A stretch of DNA of 64,000 bases, taken from Candidatus Hodarchaeota archaeon (GTDB taxonomy: Archaea > Asgardarchaeota > Lokiarchaeia > Sigyniarchaeales > SOKP01). Of the stretch, positions 37,280 to 45,093 are shown one piece after another; position 1 is the first letter of the stretch; every line of letters begins with the position of its first letter. The stretch covers positions 577-64,576 of the forward strand of contig JBHLKM010000012.1 in the NCBI GenBank assembly GCA_048886685.1. Direction: 5' to 3'. The notes under the pieces are model-generated. The model saw only the letters and a list, made by a program, of their open reading frames with translations, searched no databases and was not told where the DNA came from. The translations under genes and the position numbers were made by a program.

Positions 37280-38032
37280 TCAACAGATTAGCTTCTGTAA
37301 TCTATTTGAAAACCGTTTTGAGATTATAAGAGCAGTTTCAAACGGACAATTACTCTTAAATAAAATAACAGAGATAAAATGCTTATCGATCCCTATTAAT
37401 GAAAGCACTCCAAATTTTTCTAGAGAGATAAGCTCATTTACTCTATAATTTCCAGAAAGAAACCTACCTTCTAAGAGTCTAACTATTTCTTGAAGTATGT
37501 CTTGTTCTAAATTAGATACAATTACCCTTCCTGTTTGAGTTAATAATGCGGAAGAGACAACAAAAGATGAAAATGTATGCAATTCATTAAAGATATTCAT
37601 TAAATCGTTCTTAATATCATCTGAAACCAATTGATTTCCATTTTCCATAATATTAGTAATATTCTTTTCGAAATCTAAAAATTTAGAGATTTCACCATTA
37701 TAATTTTCGGTCAATAAATCTAAATCAAATTTGTTGAGGAATTGATTTTTTATTTCTCGTAATTGGTTCCTAAGTTCAACTAAATTGTCAGTTCTATCAC
37801 TAAATAAGGCAAAGAGGAGTTCATCTTGCTTTATTTTTTCTATTTCGAAAATAAATCGAAAAAGACCTACCTCTATTTCAGATAATTCTTCAGTCTTTAG
37901 GGTTTGTTTTACAAATGAAAAAATCGCACTCAGAAAACTGCTAGTTAATTTTACATTGAAAACATCTTCGTAAGCCTTATAAAAGATTAATTCACCAGTG
38001 TTCCCTTTCATTATAAAGATGTTTTTGATCAT
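37280..38032 (-). CDS. two-domain longin-like plus roadblock/LC7-like protein
   Basis: The N-terminal half (MIKNIFIMKGNTGELIFYKAY...LTSSFLSAIFSFVKQTL...FRFIFEIEKIKQDELLFALFS) shows beta-beta-alpha-beta-beta-beta-alpha order, like longin and sigma-adaptin starts. The C-terminal half (VVSSALLTQTGRVIVSNL...ILQEIVRLLEG...GVLSLIGIDKHFISVILF) is roadblock-like. Confidence 0.5.
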   Translation of the reverse strand: MIKNIFIMKGNTGELIFYKAYEDVFNVKLTSSFLSAIFSFVKQTLKTEELSEIEVGLFRFIFEIEKIKQDELLFALFSDRTDNLVELRNQLREIKNQFLNKFDLDLLTENYNGEISKFLDFEKNITNIMENGNQLVSDDIKNDLMNIFNELHTFSSFVVSSALLTQTGRVIVSNLEQDILQEIVRLLEGRFLSGNYRVNELISLEKFGVLSLIGIDKHFISVILFKSNCPFETALIISKRFSNRLQKLIC

Positions 38033-38256
38033 ATAACTCGATGATAAATTAATGAAATACCCTTAATATTTTTGTAATAAAAGTTAAGATATAAAAATCC
38101 TCTTATTAATCAGTTTCTTAAGGTAAACGCAACGCACATTTGTAAAAATGCTTATTAAATCGTATAACAATAATCGAGGAAGATTTATTAATTGAATTTT
38201 AGACTAAATTTGTAATTCCTTTTATTGTTTATTTCCAAATTTAGAATGTCTCAACA

Positions 38257-39021
38257 TTAAAATCCATCAAATTTAGCCCATTCATCTTCTTCTTCTGCTT
38301 CCTCTTCATCATCAGCGTATTCTTCGATTTCATCACTCTTGATGCTTTCGGGAAATTCTTCCTCAAATTCTTCAAATTCTTCTTCGAAAGTAATTGCTTG
38401 GTCTAAATCAGTTATCACTTCTGCAGAAACTTTTATTTCAGGTACAAGTTCTTCCACTGGCTTCTTCTTTTCTACTAATTTCAGATAATCGCCATGAATC
38501 TTGATTGTTATAGGAGTTTCTTCTTGTAATAGTCGAACAACAACTTCTTCACTCGCACTCGAGTCGTGAGGCATGCGCATTACAAGTGCTCTAGCACCTT
38601 CAAATACTCCACTTATTATTTCAACAGTATCTCCCTCTTCTAAATATTCTGTTACACTCCTTGGTAATAATACATGTTTAAGTTCAGACAATTTAATATT
38701 CTGAACGATTCTTCCTTTTATGTGAGGAATACCTTGAACAGCTATTTGCACATCACGCTTCTGAGGAGCTTCAAAGAATATATATCCTGGCAATAAAGGA
38801 GAAACAAGCATAGCTCTAATATCAGGTATTACATCTAAGATCTTAAATCGATAAAAAATCTGCTTTAAAATATTGCTTTCTTGATTAATGGTTGTTCTTA
38901 CTGCAAAAAGCGTTGTAAGTTCTAGTTCATCCTTTTCCTCAAGCGCTTCTATTGAGTAACTCTCTTCTATTTCAAGTTCCTTACTTCTATTTTCTTTTAA
39001 TTCTTCACTTTGGTCTGGCAT
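38257..39021 (-). CDS. spt5: transcription elongation factor Spt5 (NusG family) with acidic N- and C-terminal extensions
   Basis: NGN domain (LFAVRTTINQE...PGYIFFEA...IPHIKG) and KOW motif (GDTVEIISGVFEGARALVMRM). 254 aa, which is longer than I recall for archaeal Spt5 (about 150 aa, from memory). Confidence 0.8.
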   Translation of the reverse strand: MPDQSEELKENRSKELEIEESYSIEALEEKDELELTTLFAVRTTINQESNILKQIFYRFKILDVIPDIRAMLVSPLLPGYIFFEAPQKRDVQIAVQGIPHIKGRIVQNIKLSELKHVLLPRSVTEYLEEGDTVEIISGVFEGARALVMRMPHDSSASEEVVVRLLQEETPITIKIHGDYLKLVEKKKPVEELVPEIKVSAEVITDLDQAITFEEEFEEFEEEFPESIKSDEIEEYADDEEEAEEEDEWAKFDGF

Positions 39022-39196
39022 TTCTTTTCACGAATCTCATTTGAATTTAGGTTTTTAATAAATAATAAAGAAAAATAAGTATATATAATAAGGAATTACT
39101 AAATTATAAAATTTTGCTTTTCAATGAGTTTCCAATTATTTGATTTTTAGAACACACAATTTTAAATTAATTTTGCAGCTATGAAATTCCTGTCAG

Positions 39197-39565
39197 CTAA
39201 AATGTAATATTATTAATATCTAGTATTTCAGGGACTTTATTATTACGCTCAAGCCAAGAGATTTCTGCTCTTGTATACCTCCATGTAATTTCACATTTTC
39301 CCAATTTATCTTGAGCTTCCGTCGCCCATTCCCATGGGTTTACAATCACGAGGTCTCCACGTCTAATCCAAACTCTTTTCTTTATTTTACCACGAATTCT
39401 TCCTATTCTATGCTTCCCATCTTCACAGAATACCCTCATTCTATCACCACCTAGTATGTCAAGAACAATAGCAAACATCTCCCCTAAATTTTTACTCGGG
39501 AATTTAACCCTAGTAATTACAGGTTCTTCATTACCTCTACCTTTTTTACCTTTTTTTTTTGCCAT
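39197..39565 (-). CDS. eif1a: translation initiation factor aIF-1A
   Basis: S1-like OB fold: EMFAIVLDILGGDRMRVFCEDGKHRIGRIRGKIKKRVWIRRGDLVIVNPWEW. Confidence 0.9.
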   Translation of the reverse strand: MAKKKGKKGRGNEEPVITRVKFPSKNLGEMFAIVLDILGGDRMRVFCEDGKHRIGRIRGKIKKRVWIRRGDLVIVNPWEWATEAQDKLGKCEITWRYTRAEISWLERNNKVPEILDINNITF

Positions 39566-39600
39566 AATTATCCTTTATTTTATAATTTAGATTTTTAAAT

Positions 39601-39873
39601 TCAAATTTTATCGTCAGGTTTATAATCTCCCTTGATGAAAACAATCTTAATTGGTTCACTTGAATCATTCCTAATATTATGCATTTCTTTAGGTTCACAC
39701 AAAAAGACACTACCTTGTGGTGCACGATATTCTTTATCATCAATAATCATGATACCATCTCCTTCAATGAAATAAAAAGTTTCATCTATAATATTGTGAC
39801 CATGTGCATTTTCCCCCATCAATTCTCCGGGTTTGAGAAAAATAACACCCCAGTCTATCGATGGACCTCTCAT
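39601..39873 (-). CDS. cupin domain protein (N-terminus uncertain)
   Basis: GENAHGHNIIDETFYFIEGDG...PKEMHNIRN matches the two cupin motifs. The open frame continues upstream to 39942 with cupin-like sequence but no ATG/GTG/TTG. Confidence 0.6.
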   Translation of the reverse strand: MRGPSIDWGVIFLKPGELMGENAHGHNIIDETFYFIEGDGIMIIDDKEYRAPQGSVFLCEPKEMHNIRNDSSEPIKIVFIKGDYKPDDKI

Positions 39874-40064
39874 AAGATATTTTACCCCAGATTCTCCACC
39901 TCTATATTCAAAATCTGTTTCATGTACTTTTTTAATTGTAAATCACCATTGGTATAAATTGTATTATAAAACAAATTATCTAGAGTAAATTATAAATCTT
40001 ACCCATTATAAAGAGATTCATAGGTAATTATATTAATTTTATCGCCTTTGGAAGAATATAAAGG

Positions 40065-41261
40065 GTGAATGAAATGATCCCATCTTTTAGTTTTGCAAGA
40101 ATTCCCAATATAATTTTTGGTGCTGGAAAGTTAAATGATTTATATGATATTATACCACAATTCGGAAAAAATATCCTTTTTATAATTGGTGAGAGTTCAT
40201 TAAAAAAATCAGGTAATTGGGACAAGATTACATCAATTATAGAGCATATATCTATCAATTATTCAATAGTTTCCATTTCTAAGGAACCCTCTCCAACTAT
40301 TATTGATGAAGCCACAACGAGCTTTCGAAAGAAAAACATAGAATTGGTGGTTGGTATAGGTGGTGGGAGTGTCACCGATGCAGGAAAAGCAATATCAGCA
40401 ATGATTCCAAAAGAGGATTCGATAAAAAACTATTTAGAAGGCGTTGGTAATAAGACTCATGATGGTAAAAAAATTCCATATATTGCAATCCCAACAACTT
40501 CAGGTACTGGAAGTGAAGCTACTAAAAATGCTGTAATTAGCGAGATCGGACCTGATGGCTTTAAAAAATCATTACGACATGATAATTTAATTCCCAATAT
40601 TGCGTTAATAGATCCAGAACTTATGATTTCTTGTCCCCCATCTATTTCAGCTGCATGTGGAATGGATGCTTTTACTCAATTACTTGAGGCCTATGTGTCA
40701 ACAAAGGGGAGCCCTATGACAGATACTTTAGCTTTTAGTGGTATGAAATATATTAATAAAAATTTATTGTCAGCATGTTCAAGTGGTGCATCTAATGTCG
40801 AAGTTCGAACTGCTATGGCTTATGGATCACTTATGTCAGGAATTACTCTAGCAAATGCAGGATTAGGAATTGTACATGGATTGGCTGGTCCTATTGGGGG
40901 CTTATTCGATATACCTCATGGGATTATATGTGGCACCCTCTTAGCGGAAGCTACAAAAATGAACATTAAAAAGTTACAGGAACAGGATCCCATCGGAAAA
41001 GAAGCCCTTAGAAAATATGCTGATATTGGAGCATTATTATCAGGCAAAAAAGTTGTAGAACAAGGAAAAATTAATAAATATTACTCAATCTTAGTTGATA
41101 TTCTTGATGAATGGACTAAAGACTTAAAACTGGAACCACTAGGTAAATATGGCATTAATATGGGAGATATTGAAAAAATTGTTGATAAAACGGGATTAAA
41201 AAATAATCCTGTTAATTTAAACAGAAAGGATTTAAGGACTATTTTGATAAATCGTCTTTAA
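40065..41261 (+). CDS. iron-containing alcohol dehydrogenase
   Basis: GIGGGSVTDAGKAIS (NAD-binding glycine motif), PTTSGTGSE, and His-rich metal site region (GIVHGLAGPIGG...PHG). Confidence 0.85.
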   Translation: MNEMIPSFSFARIPNIIFGAGKLNDLYDIIPQFGKNILFIIGESSLKKSGNWDKITSIIEHISINYSIVSISKEPSPTIIDEATTSFRKKNIELVVGIGGGSVTDAGKAISAMIPKEDSIKNYLEGVGNKTHDGKKIPYIAIPTTSGTGSEATKNAVISEIGPDGFKKSLRHDNLIPNIALIDPELMISCPPSISAACGMDAFTQLLEAYVSTKGSPMTDTLAFSGMKYINKNLLSACSSGASNVEVRTAMAYGSLMSGITLANAGLGIVHGLAGPIGGLFDIPHGIICGTLLAEATKMNIKKLQEQDPIGKEALRKYADIGALLSGKKVVEQGKINKYYSILVDILDEWTKDLKLEPLGKYGINMGDIEKIVDKTGLKNNPVNLNRKDLRTILINRL

Positions 41262-41277
41262 TTAGGAAGACAAATCC

Positions 41278-41787
41278 CTAAAGATTTTTAATGATTTCTT
41301 TTGCTAATAATCTAAACGCTAAATCCACGTTTACGCCCGTTTTGGAAGAAATTTTTAAATACTTAAAAAAACCATACTTCTCTGGAAAGCTCCGCGCAAA
41401 TTTATCTTCGACAGTAATCGAATCTCTTAAATCTAATTTAGATCCTAGGAAGATTATAGGGATTCCTGGATTTTCACCTCTACATATGTTAACCCATTGT
41501 TCAATATTTTCTAAACTTGATGGGCGTGTAAGATCAAATAATAATAAAGCACCTTTTGCCCCTAAAGAGTAATCTTTCAGTAAAGGTCTAAAATGGTCTT
41601 GTCCACCAAAATCCCAAACCTGCAAAGTAATTGTTTCTCCTTTAATATACATCTCTTTGAGAAAGAACTCTACGCCTAAGGTCATCTTTGTGTCTGCTAA
41701 AAATTTCCCTTCCACATACCGATACAGAAGTGTTGTTTTTCCTACACCTCCATCTCCGGCAGTAATGACCTTTAATAATTTGGACAT
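41278..41787 (-). CDS. Rab/Ras-like small GTPase
   Basis: G1 GDGGVGKTT, switch I TLGVEF, G3 WDFGGQDHF, G4 variant GSKLDL, G5 ISSKTG. No prenylation Cys. Confidence 0.85.
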   Translation of the reverse strand: MSKLLKVITAGDGGVGKTTLLYRYVEGKFLADTKMTLGVEFFLKEMYIKGETITLQVWDFGGQDHFRPLLKDYSLGAKGALLLFDLTRPSSLENIEQWVNICRGENPGIPIIFLGSKLDLRDSITVEDKFARSFPEKYGFFKYLKISSKTGVNVDLAFRLLAKEIIKNL

Positions 41788-41953
41788 TTTACCTCATCAG
41801 ATTCACAAAAGTGAACGAAAAACTTGATTATTGAATAATATTTGGTTTATTGAATTTTATATTTCTTCATTTTTAAAATAGTTTTGTGAATAATAAATCT
41901 TCATATTATCAATAAATAAAGTCCATGTAATAAAAAATCAACGTGAAAACTTG

Positions 41954-42397
41954 TTAAGATCTTTCGATGGATAAATATTTTTTTTGTCGAAGAAAAATTG
42001 TATTTATATTTGATAATCTTGCTTTTCTACGTAATTCAGAATCATTTGTTGCTAAAAAGGTAATATATCCTTCCTCCTTTAACTCTAAGGTTTTCTGCAA
42101 GAGGAATGCATCAGTCAATTCACTGGGCTCTTTAGTGTCTTCTAAGTAGATTATTTCATAATTGGCTTTATTCTTCTCTAGATATAATAACCCAGAATCT
42201 AGCAATCTTTTGAATTTTGTACTCTTTGATTGTCTTCTCCTTTTAGCTTCAAGCTCATCTAATATCTGTTTAAATATAACAAATCGTAATTTTCCTTCCA
42301 ATTTTAACCTAATTTCACTTAAATAATCTATTTTAAACTGATAAGGAAGTAGAATAAAGTTTGAATCAATTACTATTAGATTAATATTAGACTTCAA
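41954..42397 (-). CDS. PIN-domain nuclease, Fcf1/Utp24-like
   Basis: VIDSNFILLPYQFKIDYLSEI (first Asp), ILDELEA, TDAFLL, LATNDSELRRKARLSNINTIFLRQKKYLSIE. The TTG start overlaps the TGA stop of the upstream GTPase gene (TTGA). Confidence 0.6.
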   Translation of the reverse strand: MKSNINLIVIDSNFILLPYQFKIDYLSEIRLKLEGKLRFVIFKQILDELEAKRRRQSKSTKFKRLLDSGLLYLEKNKANYEIIYLEDTKEPSELTDAFLLQKTLELKEEGYITFLATNDSELRRKARLSNINTIFLRQKKYLSIERS

Positions 42398-42915
42398 TAA
42401 GTCTGTCGCTCTAAGATTTTTTTTGTTAAAATATCAAATGCTTGACTTACATTTTCACCCGTTTTTGATGAAATTTTAAGAAAGTCAATTAAATTATATT
42501 CATTGAGAAATGACCTAGCATAATCATCATCCACTTGAATTTCATCTTCCAAATCTAATTTAGTACCTAGAAAAAGAACGGGAAGATTCGGGTCTCCCTT
42601 ACGAACGATGCCAAGCCACTGTTCAAGATTTTCCAATGTCATCATCCTTGTAAGATCAAACATAAGCAGTGCTCCTTTTGCTCCAAGCACATAACTTTCA
42701 AGAAGGAATCGAAAACGCTCTTGTCCTCCAAAATCCCAAAGTTGCAGGGTGCACTGTTTACCATCAATTTCTGTCTCTTTTAAAAAGAATTCAACACCAA
42801 TAGTCATGCGAGTGTCTGCCGAGAATTTACCTTCTACGTACCGATGTAAGAGTGTTGTTTTTCCAACACCCCCTTCTCCAGCTGTTAAAATTTTTAATAT
42901 AAACTTCTGTGGCAT
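42394..42915 (-). CDS. Rab/Ras-like small GTPase
   Basis: G1 GEGGVGKTT, switch I TIGVEF, G3 WDFGGQERF, G4 GTKLDL, G5 ISSKTG. Paralog of 41278..41787. Confidence 0.85.
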   Translation of the reverse strand: MPQKFILKILTAGEGGVGKTTLLHRYVEGKFSADTRMTIGVEFFLKETEIDGKQCTLQLWDFGGQERFRFLLESYVLGAKGALLMFDLTRMMTLENLEQWLGIVRKGDPNLPVLFLGTKLDLEDEIQVDDDYARSFLNEYNLIDFLKISSKTGENVSQAFDILTKKILERQTY

Positions 42916-43194
42916 TCTTACAATCTCTTTCTATTTGTTGGATGAAATTTTTAAAAAGTTAATCTTTTGGAGGTTCTTGAATAGATTAATTTTTTTTTTA
43001 TAATAATAATCTTGATACGAATTAATATTCTTTAGTTAATCGAAAATTTAAAAATTAATTTTAAAAATAATCTTTTATTTTTGATGTTTATTCTTTTTTC
43101 TAAATATAATTCACTAATAAACAATTTCAAAATAAATTTTATTAATTTAGGAATAATAATTTCTACTAGTCTCTTTCAAAAAGGTGATATAAAA

Positions 43195-43488
43195 ATGAAA
43201 ATGAAAAAGAAAATACCTTCTGAAGAAGATTTGAAAAGATTAGGTGTAAAATCATGGGGTACTTGGAGCAAGGAAGTGAGTGAATTTGATTGGTCTTATG
43301 GGGATACAGAAACATGTTATATCCTTGAAGGTGAAGTAGAAGTAACTGATCCCGCGACAAATGAGAAAATAGAATTCAAGAAAGGCGATTTAGTGCAATT
43401 TGAAAAAGGATTAAAATGTGTGTGGAATGTGAAAAAACCAGTTAGGAAATATTTTAGTTTTGATTTGAAATTTGGGGATATTGACTAA
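43195..43488 (+). CDS. small cupin (DUF861/cupin_3-like)
   Basis: WGTWSKEVSEFDWSYGDTETCYILEGEVEVTD...GDLVQFEKGLKCVWNV. I prefer the ATG at 43195, preceded by aaaGGTGAt, over the 43081 TTG in the ORF track. Confidence 0.65.
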   Translation: MKMKKKIPSEEDLKRLGVKSWGTWSKEVSEFDWSYGDTETCYILEGEVEVTDPATNEKIEFKKGDLVQFEKGLKCVWNVKKPVRKYFSFDLKFGDID

Positions 43489-43596
43489 ATTCAAATCTTT
43501 TTTTTTATAATCTTTTTACCTTGAACGGAGATTTTAAATCTATAAATAACCTTAACTATCAATAAATATAACAAACTAATTTTATCTTGATTCAAT

Positions 43597-44070
43597 ATGG
43601 AAAATTATATACCTTTTGGTTTGAGTGATTTTAAAATAGAACAATTGGGTTTTGTGTATAAAGATATTAGAAAACAAGCAAAAATAATGGAAACTTTCTT
43701 TGGCATCCCAAAATTTACCATACTAGGGCCCGTAGAAATGGAAATCATATATCATGGAAAACAGACAAAATGGGCTGCGTCCGGAGCATTTGGGAGACTA
43801 TTTAATGATGTTGAGGTTGAGTTAATACAAGTTCATAGTGGGGAATGTATTCATCAAGAGTTTTTAGATCAGGGGAGGGAAGGATTCCACCATGTCCGTG
43901 CTTCTGTTGATAACTTAGAAACAGTTATAGAAAAGTTTAAAGAAGAAGGCATTGATGTATTACAAACAGGAAGAATAGTAGCTTCAACATATGCATATAT
44001 GGACACAGAAGATATTTTAGGAATAATTCTTGAATTTTCAGCATCAAAAAGGGGAAGAAGGAGAAGGTAG
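43597..44070 (+). CDS. VOC (glyoxalase/methylmalonyl-CoA epimerase-like) family protein
   Basis: LGFVYKDI...VELIQV...EFLDQGREGFHHVRASVDN. The paired beta-alpha-beta-beta-beta pattern and metal-ligand His/Glu positions are typical of the VOC fold. Confidence 0.65.
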   Translation: MENYIPFGLSDFKIEQLGFVYKDIRKQAKIMETFFGIPKFTILGPVEMEIIYHGKQTKWAASGAFGRLFNDVEVELIQVHSGECIHQEFLDQGREGFHHVRASVDNLETVIEKFKEEGIDVLQTGRIVASTYAYMDTEDILGIILEFSASKRGRRRR

Positions 44071-44087
44071 ATATCTAACTTATTAAT

Positions 44088-44630
44088 TTATGCAAATCTT
44101 TGCTTTTCTTTGTGCTCTTTTACGGAAATTTCTCTTTCACTAAGTCTTTCAAGTTTTATTAAAGTATCTTGAATTGCCTTAATTTCTACCCTAGTATTGA
44201 TTTTATATTTTTTTAATTTATCAAGCATTTCTTTTTCACTATAACCTTTATTGTAAACCTCCTTGAATGCCTGAATGGTATCTTGATGGTAGGAGATGTA
44301 CTGTTTGTTTAAAAAGATTATTAACCATTTTTTTTTCTGTTGGTCTTGGGATAATCTAAACATCCCATCTCTGATTTTCTCAATAGGCTTATTGAACTTT
44401 CTTGCAATTAATTCATCCTCAATCTTGTAAAATTTTTTGATAAATCTGTGGAGTTTATTTTTAAGAAAGAACCTTGGGATATATGAAAGTAAAAACGTCA
44501 CTAATGTTATTCCAGCCATCCAAATGGCTGCAAATGGATTAAAAAATGCTATAATAACAATTATTATGACAAGAATTAAGAACCATCTTCGTCCTATACT
44601 TTTAAAAATAACTATATATTTTTTTGGCAT
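44088..44630 (-). CDS. hypothetical membrane protein
   Basis: 180 aa. Two N-terminal hydrophobic helices followed by a helical, K-rich soluble domain. Confidence 0.4.
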   Translation of the reverse strand: MPKKYIVIFKSIGRRWFLILVIIIVIIAFFNPFAAIWMAGITLVTFLLSYIPRFFLKNKLHRFIKKFYKIEDELIARKFNKPIEKIRDGMFRLSQDQQKKKWLIIFLNKQYISYHQDTIQAFKEVYNKGYSEKEMLDKLKKYKINTRVEIKAIQDTLIKLERLSEREISVKEHKEKQRFA

Positions 44631-44728
44631 ATTTATCTAAAATTTTGCAATTAATTGTAATATATCTTATCATTGATTACATAAAAAAATTATTTATAGA
44701 AAAATGTAGGAGAATTTATTACTTATAA

Positions 44729-44931
44729 CCACATAAAATAGCGTGACCGGGTATTATCCTTGTAAGCCATGACCGTAAGCGGACTTACAGCTTATAGTTT
44801 CCCACAGATTTCACTTACAACACGGAGTGAGTTGTAAATCGTAACTGCAGTACTATCTATAACGCTAACCAGTTTAACTTCCGGGTTCGGATGGTTCCAG
44901 CGCTGTAGCGAAATGCTACCTTTTTATGTGG
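44729..44931 (-). rRNA. rrf: 5S rRNA, oversized (about 203 nt between the terminal helix strands)
   Basis: The minus-strand sequence contains the universal 5S loop C/helix III segment CCAUCCGAACCCGGAAGUUAAAC. It also has helix II (CGCUA.CAG/CUG.GU.UAGCG) and helix V (UUAUAG/CUAUAA). Loop E is AGUACUG...GGGAAA, and a 10-bp terminal helix pairs CCACAUAAAA with UUUUAUGUGG. By hand count, 83 of 180 nt at 44741-44920 are G+C, well above the visibly AT-rich surroundings. Confidence 0.8.
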
Positions 44932-44952
44932 ATAGGTAACTATGTCTTTACC

Positions 44953-44961
44953 ATTTAATAA
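44953..44961 (-). promoter_or_regulatory. candidate TATA box for the 5S rRNA gene
   Basis: TTATTAAAT on the minus strand is centred about 26 nt upstream of the first base of the terminal helix. An oligo-T run on the minus strand downstream of 44729 could terminate. The AT-rich background makes this weak. Confidence 0.3.
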
Positions 44962-45093
44962 GTCCGGTTATTTACAGTATAAATACCTTCTTATTAGGTA
45001 ATGAGTAAGTAGAAATAATAAAGACTAGTAATTAAACTTTTTCATAGAAAAAGGCAAAATTTAAAAGGAGTAAACTAAGATATGCCCTAGAAT

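Noticed and set aside
39546-40258. Track ORFs 39546..39743-, 39679..39957+ and 40028..40258-.
   Set aside because: They overlap the aIF1A start, the cupin gene or the Fe-ADH gene in other frames, with low-complexity translations.
44729-44931. First readings of the GC-rich structured island as SRP (7S) RNA, RNase P RNA, an H/ACA or C/D sRNA, or an intron-containing tRNA.
   Set aside because: It has no SRP helix 8 GNAR-loop context (CCC-GGAA-GGG), no RNase P CR-I (GAGGAAAGUCC), no C/D boxes and no T-arm. The minus strand instead matches the 5S loop C, loop E and helix II/V pattern.
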